Shown piece by piece: positions 39,747 to 45,448 of a DNA stretch of 45,448 nt. Under the pieces are notes generated by a model. The model had not been told where the DNA came from and made no database searches. It saw only the letters and a program-made list of their open reading frames with translations. The position numbers and the translations under genes were made by a program. This stretch comes from Candidatus Izemoplasma sp. (GTDB taxonomy: Bacteria; Bacillota_I; Bacilli_A; Izemoplasmatales; Izemoplasmataceae). The stretch is taken from NCBI GenBank assembly GCA_007123975.1, contig SLFZ01000041.1, positions 1 to 45,448 on the forward strand, in the 5' to 3' direction. Within the stretch, counting starts at the first letter, position 1; each line of letters starts with the position of its first letter.

Positions 39747-39972
39747 AGACAATAATCGATGATGCGGACACGTCCGCGCACGCGCGTTCATTTTCAGAGA
39801 CCGACGGCAGCTGAAAAGTCGGATGAACACGTGCCCGGGTATCACCGCAGAGATGACGCGTCGACAACGTAGCCGCGTCCGTTCCCCGCGTTACGGGTTT
39901 AAGCGCCGGCTTCGGCCGGAAAAAAGGTGGTACCGCGGACACGTTCGCCCTTTTATGGGTGAACGTTTTTTT
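39747..39972 (+). promoter_or_regulatory. T-box riboswitch (Ile specifier) with terminator/antiterminator
   Basis: AGAGA bulge (39796-39800). ATC followed by A on the 3' side of Stem I (39841-39844). A UUCG-capped Stem III (39906-39919). T-box core GGTGGTACCGCG (39926-39937). Terminator 39941-39950 with 39957-39966, plus T7. Confidence 0.9.
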
Positions 39973-39991
39973 ATTTATTAGGAGTGAGAAT

Positions 39992-42712
39992 ATGAAAAAC
40001 TACAAAGACACATTGCTGATGCCGCAGACGGACTTTCCGATGCGCGGCAACCTCGGCCAGAACGAACCTGAACGCCACGCGCTTTGGGAGCGTCACGAGG
40101 TGTATGAAAAGCGTCTCGAAAAAAACAAGGATAACACACCCTTCGTCTTGCCCGATGGGCCGCCGTATGCCAACGGCGACATCCACATCGGCCACGCCCT
40201 GAACAAGGTGCTCAAAGACATCATCGTCCGAGACAAAAGCATGCGTGGTCACTACACCCGCTACGTGCCCGGCTGGGACACACACGGGTTGCCGATTGAA
40301 TCGGCCCTGGTGAAAAAGAAGAAGGTCGATCGCAATAAAATGACCGTCAGCGAGTTTCGCACCGCCTGCGAAAACTATGCCTTAGAACAAATCGACCGCC
40401 AACGCGAGCAGTTTAAACGCCTCGGCATCCTCGGCGAATGGGACAACCCCTACGTTACCCTTGACCGGCGCTACGAAGCCAGCCAACTGCGCGTCTTTGC
40501 GTCGATGGTCGAACAAGGCCTTATTTTCAAAGGGCTCAAGCCCGTTTTTTGGTCGCCCTCAAGCGAAACGGCGCTCGCCGAAGCAGAAATCGAGTACCAC
40601 GACAAACGGTCGCCCTCGATCACCGTCGCCCTTGACGCCGTCGACACCGGCGTCATCGACAACCCGTTTTCGTTTTTGATCTGGACCACCACACCCTGGA
40701 CCTTGCCCGCAAACCTCGCCGTGGCCGTTTCTGAAAGTTTAACCTATGTGCTTGCTGAAGCCGATGGAAAACGCGTCGTGTTCGCTGAAGCGTTGAAAGA
40801 CAGTTTGACACGCGACCTAGGCTGGGAAACCCTCGATGTCATCGCCCGGATGCAAGGAACCGAACTGCTTGGCATGACCTATAAACACCCGCTTTATGAC
40901 CGTGTGTCGCCAATCGTCAGTGGCCACCACGTCACCACCGATTCAGGCACCGGGCTTGTCCACATCGCCCCGGGACACGGGGAAGACGACTACCTCATCG
41001 GCCAAAAAGAAGGGCTCGATGTCCTTTGTCCGGTCAACGAGAAAGGCGTCATGACGCATGAAGCCGGGCCATATGAAGGCATGTTTATCGACGACTGTTC
41101 AAAAGCCGTCATCACCGACCTTACCGCAAGCGGCCATCTGCTTCATGTGACCAACGTCACCCATAGCTACCCTCATGATTGGCGCACCAAGCAACCCGTC
41201 ATCTTCCGTGCGACCGACCAATGGTTCGCCTCAATCGAGACCTTGAAACCCGAGATGTTGAAAGCCATCGGCGAGGTTAAGTGGGTCCCAAAATGGGGTG
41301 AAGTGCGCATGGAAAACATGATCAAAGACCGCGAAGCCTGGTGCATCAGCCGTCAACGCACCTGGGGCGTTCCCATCCCCGTCTTTTACCACGAGGACGG
41401 CACCCCGATCCTCGACGCCGACATCATCCGTCACGTTGCCGACCTCTTTGAAAAACACGGCTCAAACGCCTGGTTTGACCGCGACGCCAAAGAGCTTCTT
41501 CCGGAAGGGTTTGAAGACCTAGAGCGGAGCCCACACGGCGCATTCAAAAAAGAAACCGACATCTTAGACGTCTGGTTTGATTCCGGCACGAGCCACCAAG
41601 GCGGCATGGTCGACAAAGGCCTTCCTTATCCGGCCGACCTTTATTTAGAAGGGTCCGACCAATACCGCGGATGGTTCAACTCCAGTTTATCAACAGGCAT
41701 CGCCTTTACCGGAAAGACCCCGTATAAAGGCGTCCTTACACACGGCTTTGTGCTCGATGGCGAAGGCCGAAAAATGAGCAAATCCATCGGCAACGTCGTC
41801 GATCCAATCAAGGTCATGAACCAACTCGGCGCCGACATTTTACGCCTGTGGGTCGCCTCGGTCGACTACCAAAGCGACGTGCGCATCAGCGACAAGATGA
41901 TTCGCCAGGTATCGGAAACCTACCGCAAAATCCGCAACACCATCCGCTTCATGCTTGGCAACCTTCACGATTTTGACCCTGAGCGCGATGCCATCGACAT
42001 GGCATCCCTGTCCGAGGTCGACCGCTACATGATGCTCAAACTCGATGAACTCACCCACCGTGTAAACCGCGCATACGATCAGTTCGAGTACGATGACGTT
42101 ACGCGCCTCATAATCAACTTCACCACACGCGAACTCTCGGCGTTTTACCTCGATTATGCCAAAGATGTGCTCTATATCGAGCGCAAGGATGATCCTCTCC
42201 GCCGCGGCGCGCAAACCGTCATCCATGAAGCGCTCTCGCGCCTCCTCACGCTTTTGACGCCGATCATCCCACACACCACCGAAGAAGCGTACCAGCATCT
42301 CCCGGGGCGCAAAGAAGCGAGCGTTTACTTAGAAAACATGCCGACACCTCGCTTTGACAACGACGCGGCGCTTGTGAAAAAGTACGACGCTTTCATGAAA
42401 CTGCGCGACCGCGTGCTCAAAGCGCTCGAAGAAGCGCGCGAGCATAAAACCATCGGAAAAAGCCTTGAAGCCGACGTCGTGATTTATGCAACCGCCGACG
42501 CGAAAGCGCTGCTTGAATCAATCGACCGCCTCGACAAGCTCTTCATCGTCAGCGCCGTCAGCTTTAAAGAAGGTCAAGGACAGTACACGTACGATGAACT
42601 CTCAATCGATGTCCGCCGCGCCGAAGGAGAAACTTGCGCGCGCTGCTGGCATGTTCGTGAACTCAATGATGCGGAGTTATGCGCACGCTGCGACACCGTC
42701 TTGAGCGACTGA
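39992..42712 (+). CDS. ileS: Isoleucine--tRNA ligase
   Basis: [15 protein letters not shown] (HIGH), KMSKSIGN (KMSKS) and a C-terminal zinc finger (CARCWHV...CARC). The ATG at 39992 follows GGAGTGAG. Confidence 0.97.
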   Translation: MKNYKDTLLMPQTDFPMRGNLGQNEPERHALWERHEVYEKRLEKNKDNTPFVLPDGPPYANGDIHIGHALNKVLKDIIVRDKSMRGHYTRYVPGWDTHGLPIESALVKKKKVDRNKMTVSEFRTACENYALEQIDRQREQFKRLGILGEWDNPYVTLDRRYEASQLRVFASMVEQGLIFKGLKPVFWSPSSETALAEAEIEYHDKRSPSITVALDAVDTGVIDNPFSFLIWTTTPWTLPANLAVAVSESLTYVLAEADGKRVVFAEALKDSLTRDLGWETLDVIARMQGTELLGMTYKHPLYDRVSPIVSGHHVTTDSGTGLVHIAPGHGEDDYLIGQKEGLDVLCPVNEKGVMTHEAGPYEGMFIDDCSKAVITDLTASGHLLHVTNVTHSYPHDWRTKQPVIFRATDQWFASIETLKPEMLKAIGEVKWVPKWGEVRMENMIKDREAWCISRQRTWGVPIPVFYHEDGTPILDADIIRHVADLFEKHGSNAWFDRDAKELLPEGFEDLERSPHGAFKKETDILDVWFDSGTSHQGGMVDKGLPYPADLYLEGSDQYRGWFNSSLSTGIAFTGKTPYKGVLTHGFVLDGEGRKMSKSIGNVVDPIKVMNQLGADILRLWVASVDYQSDVRISDKMIRQVSETYRKIRNTIRFMLGNLHDFDPERDAIDMASLSEVDRYMMLKLDELTHRVNRAYDQFEYDDVTRLIINFTTRELSAFYLDYAKDVLYIERKDDPLRRGAQTVIHEALSRLLTLLTPIIPHTTEEAYQHLPGRKEASVYLENMPTPRFDNDAALVKKYDAFMKLRDRVLKALEEAREHKTIGKSLEADVVIYATADAKALLESIDRLDKLFIVSAVSFKEGQGQYTYDELSIDVRRAEGETCARCWHVRELNDAELCARCDTVLSD

Positions 42713-42717
42713 CGCAT

Positions 42718-42746
42718 TGCATTTCACGTAAAAATCAAGTAAACTA
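42718..42746 (+). promoter_or_regulatory. Candidate promoter of the yczE-like/deoC/deoD unit
   Basis: TTGCAT (42718-42723), 17-nt spacer, TAAACT (42741-42746). Confidence 0.5.
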
Positions 42747-42769
42747 ATGACACAACGGAGGTGAGCTCG

Positions 42770-44053
42770 GTGCCCCTAGCCATCACTTGGAAGAACACCG
42801 CATATTACGTGCTGGGCTGCCTGCTCATCGCCCTTGGCGTGGTGATGATGATTCGCGCCGACATTGGCACGAGTCCTTGGGACGCACTGCATGTGGCGAT
42901 GGGACGGACAACGCCGCTCACCATCGGTGCTTCGACGATCGTCGTCGCGGCCACAGTGACGCTCTTTGTGACGTTCGTCCGTCGGCGCGCCAAGTACTTG
43001 CTGATGGGGGTGCCAATCGTGCTTGTCGGCGCGGCAATCGACCTGTTCGACCTCGTCATATTCGCGTCGTTTTGGCCCGACCCGTTGGTGCTTCGCAGCG
43101 CGCTGTTTGCCTTGGCGTTATCGATCATGCCGCTTGGCGGCGCCTTGCTCATTATCTCAACCTATCCGGCAGGGGTTTTTGACGAGTCGATGTACGCGTT
43201 GATGCACCTTTTCAAGACCCAACGCCTCGTCTTGGTCCGCATCATTCAAGACGCGACCCCACTTACCCTCGCCCTAATCATCACGTGGATCACTCACCGT
43301 GACGTCGGCACCGTCGGCATCGGTACCTTGACGTTTGTGGTGCTTGTGGGTCCGCTGCTGAAAACGTACGTAAAAACCTTTAGGAGGTATTTTATGAAAC
43401 TGAATAAGATGATTGACCACACCTACCTCAAGCCCGTCGGCACCAAAGAAGACATTGACGCACTCCTTGAAGAAGCCATTGAGTACGACTTCAAAAGCGT
43501 CTGTGTCAACCCGACATGGGTTGCTTACGCCAGTGAAAGCCTCAAAAAATCGGACGTCTTAGTCTGCACTGTCATCGGCTTTCCCTTGGGCGCAAGCACA
43601 ACCCGTTCCAAAGTGTATGAAACCGAAGACGCGCTCAGAAACGGCGCGCACGAAATTGACATGGTCGTCAATGTCGGTTGGGTGAAAGCCGGCCGTTACG
43701 GCGAGGTCGAAAAAGAGGTTAAAGCCATTAAAGACACATGTGGGAACCGGGTTTTGAAAGTGATTTTGGAAACCTGTTACTTAACCGACGATGAAATCCG
43801 CCAAGCCAGCGAAGCGTGCTTCGCCGCCGGCGCCGATTTTGTGAAGACTTCGACCGGATTCGGCAGTGGCGGCGCCACCCTGCACGCCGTGAAAATCATG
43901 GCCGACGTCGCCAAAGGCCGTGGCGTTAAAGCCAGCGGTGGCGTGAAAACACGCGAGGACGTCGAGATGATGATCGAAGCGGGCGCAACCCGCATCGGCA
44001 CCAGCAGCGGCGTGAAACTCATGCAAGGAAAAACCGCGGAAAGCGATTATTGA
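42770..44053 (+). CDS. Continuous ORF: YczE-like (DUF6198-type) membrane domain read in frame into deoxyribose-phosphate aldolase
   Basis: The GTG at 42770 lies 8 nt after GGAGG. The N-terminal part (about 208 aa) is multi-TM with IRADIGTSPWDALHVAMG. There is no in-frame stop before the DeoC part. Confidence 0.7.
   Translation: MPLAITWKNTAYYVLGCLLIALGVVMMIRADIGTSPWDALHVAMGRTTPLTIGASTIVVAATVTLFVTFVRRRAKYLLMGVPIVLVGAAIDLFDLVIFASFWPDPLVLRSALFALALSIMPLGGALLIISTYPAGVFDESMYALMHLFKTQRLVLVRIIQDATPLTLALIITWITHRDVGTVGIGTLTFVVLVGPLLKTYVKTFRRYFMKLNKMIDHTYLKPVGTKEDIDALLEEAIEYDFKSVCVNPTWVAYASESLKKSDVLVCTVIGFPLGASTTRSKVYETEDALRNGAHEIDMVVNVGWVKAGRYGEVEKEVKAIKDTCGNRVLKVILETCYLTDDEIRQASEACFAAGADFVKTSTGFGSGGATLHAVKIMADVAKGRGVKASGGVKTREDVEMMIEAGATRIGTSSGVKLMQGKTAESDY
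43394..44053 (+). CDS. deoC: Deoxyribose-phosphate aldolase (internal start within the longer ORF)
   Basis: TAGGAGGTATTTT-ATG. MKLNKMIDHTYLKP...SVCVNP...VIGFPLG...DFVKTSTGF...VKASGGV aligns from residue 1 with B. subtilis Dra/DeoC as I recall it. Confidence 0.92.
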   Translation: MKLNKMIDHTYLKPVGTKEDIDALLEEAIEYDFKSVCVNPTWVAYASESLKKSDVLVCTVIGFPLGASTTRSKVYETEDALRNGAHEIDMVVNVGWVKAGRYGEVEKEVKAIKDTCGNRVLKVILETCYLTDDEIRQASEACFAAGADFVKTSTGFGSGGATLHAVKIMADVAKGRGVKASGGVKTREDVEMMIEAGATRIGTSSGVKLMQGKTAESDY

Positions 44054-44064
44054 TAGGAGGCCCT

Positions 44065-44775
44065 ATGAGCACACCACACATCGAAGCAAAACCAGGCGAC
44101 ATCGCCAAAACCGTTCTGATGCCGGGTGACCCCCTGCGTGCGAAAACCATCGCCGACAACTACTTAGAAAACGTCACCCAGTTCAACACCGTCCGCAACA
44201 TGTTCGGCTACACCGGGACGTACAAAGGCAAGAAAATCAGCGTCATGGGAAGCGGAATGGGGATGCCCTCAATCGGCATCTATTCCTATGAACTCTACAC
44301 CGTCTACGGCGTTGAAAACATCGTGCGCATCGGCTCCTGCGGTGCCTACAGCGATCAGCTTAACCTCTACGACGTCTTGCTCGCCGAAAGCGCCTACAGC
44401 GAATCGAGCTATGCGTATGTGCAATCAGGCACCTACAAACAACACTACACCTATCCGTCGAAACACTTGAACGAGAAACTCGAAGCCGCCGCAAAAGCCC
44501 TTAATATCCCCATCACCAAAGGCACGATCCATTCAAGCGACGTCTTTTACCGCGAAAACTTCGACGACTACAAAACCATCCGCGATGACCACGGCGCCAT
44601 CGCCGTGGAAATGGAAGCGTTCGCGCTGTTCCATAACGCCAAACAACTGAAGAAAAACGCCGCGTGTTTGCTGACGGTGTCGGATTCACTCGTCACCAAA
44701 GAAGCGACCTCGGCCGCCGAGCGTCAAAACGCGTTCACCAAAATGATGGAAATCGCACTTTCGCTCGCCGAATAA
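44065..44775 (+). CDS. deoD: Purine nucleoside phosphorylase, DeoD type
   Basis: MSTPHIEAKPGDIAKTVLMPGDPLRAK...GMGMPSIGIY...AVEMEA. The ATG at 44065 follows TAGGAGG. Confidence 0.95.
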   Translation: MSTPHIEAKPGDIAKTVLMPGDPLRAKTIADNYLENVTQFNTVRNMFGYTGTYKGKKISVMGSGMGMPSIGIYSYELYTVYGVENIVRIGSCGAYSDQLNLYDVLLAESAYSESSYAYVQSGTYKQHYTYPSKHLNEKLEAAAKALNIPITKGTIHSSDVFYRENFDDYKTIRDDHGAIAVEMEAFALFHNAKQLKKNAACLLTVSDSLVTKEATSAAERQNAFTKMMEIALSLAE

Positions 44776-44799
44776 AAAAAGTGCTTCGGCACTTTTTTT
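44776..44799 (+). terminator. deoD rho-independent terminator
   Basis: AAAAAGTGC (44776-44784), loop TTCG, GCACTTTTT (44789-44797), T-run. Confidence 0.85.
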
Positions 44800-44810
44800 C
44801 TGGAGGTCCC

Positions 44811-45448
44811 ATGAAACTTTACACATCAAGCCACCACCACGTCACCTACCAACACATCCACACCAGCCAGTTCAAAACCCGCATCATCACGGTGCGGTTT
44901 TTCGCTGTGCTCTCAGAAAAAACCGCCACCCTTCGCGCCCTTACCTTGGCGATGATGAAGGCGAAAAATGCGGCCTTCCCATCGCGCAAAACCGCCAACC
45001 AACACCTTGAATCGCTTTACGATGCCACCTTGCATGGAAGCTCCACAAAACTCGGCACGCAACACATCAATCAATTGTCAATCGTTTACGTCGCACCGCG
45101 TTATGCCAACGATGACACCCTCGAAGCGGATGTGATTAACTACCTTCGAGAGTCCCTCGTCAACCCCGACTTTGACCAAAAAACACTCGAGGAAGAGAAG
45201 CGGTTCCTAAGGGATTACTTTGACGCCGAATACGCCAACAAGACCCGTTACGCCCAAAAGCGGCACCATGAACTCCTCCACGCCGACCACCCGTATAAAA
45301 CCCGTGCTTACGGCGACCCCGAAGCCATCGATGCAATCACGCTCGAAGACGTTTCTGCCTGTCATCGTTCGATGCTTACGGACAACCACATCTACGTCAC
45401 CACCATCAACGCAGACGCTCCCAGCGCCGTTGAGGCGAGGCTCGCCGA
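44811..45448 (+). CDS. Partial CDS (3' end outside the window): M16 (pitrilysin/insulinase)-family protein, probably an inactive YmfF-like subunit
   Basis: Not in the supplied track because no stop is reached. My own translation is MKLYTSSHHHVTYQHIHTSQFKTRIITVRFFAVL...FLRDYFDAEYANKTRYAQ...YGDPEAIDAITLEDV. GGAGG lies 4-5 nt upstream. No HxxEH motif is seen in the covered part. Confidence 0.6.
   Translation, partial: MKLYTSSHHHVTYQHIHTSQFKTRIITVRFFAVLSEKTATLRALTLAMMKAKNAAFPSRKTANQHLESLYDATLHGSSTKLGTQHINQLSIVYVAPRYANDDTLEADVINYLRESLVNPDFDQKTLEEEKRFLRDYFDAEYANKTRYAQKRHHELLHADHPYKTRAYGDPEAIDAITLEDVSACHRSMLTDNHIYVTTINADAPSAVEARLA

Overview
A 45.4-kb chromosomal window that looks like a Bacillota (Firmicutes)-type genome. 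The evidence is a type-B RNase P RNA, a T-box leader on ileS, AGGAGG-type ribosome-binding sites (RBS), and several local gene orders like those of Bacillus subtilis: rnhC/mutS2/trxA, truB-ribF-rpsO...pnp, lepA-hemW, xerD-deoB, ruvB-queA...tgt, ftsZ-ylmE-sepF-ylmG...ileS and deoC-deoD. TGA is used as a stop codon. G+C looks close to one half by eye (not computed). Most genes are housekeeping genes on the + strand, and many are translationally coupled (ATGA or TAATG overlaps). No CRISPR array, tRNA, rRNA, transposase or prophage signature was seen. Three conserved gene orders are interrupted by accessory blocks. (i) rpsO and pnp are separated by four genes. (ii) The space between deoB and ruvB, where ruvA would normally sit, holds a minus-strand two-gene operon. 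It encodes giant coiled-coil proteins of 1167 aa and 956 aa with no NTPase, membrane or secretion motifs. (iii) queA and tgt are separated by about 7 kb, made up of a minus-strand DUF2089/paralogous-small-protein/MFS operon and a plus-strand activase plus dehydratase-like pair whose stop overlaps the tgt start. The coiled-coil pair is the strongest candidate for an undescribed system, possibly a cytoskeletal or scaffold pair. This is more notable because the division cluster in the same window is atypical: no ftsA before ftsZ, a minimal SepF, and no ylmH/divIVA, which are replaced by a 2-TM helical-repeat protein. Other oddities are an in-frame YczE-like membrane domain joined to DeoC with a strong internal RBS, rnpB lying about 8 nt after the pnp stop, and a DUF1576/small-protein/FMN-binding-domain trio. 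All family names come from reading the translations from memory; no database search was possible.
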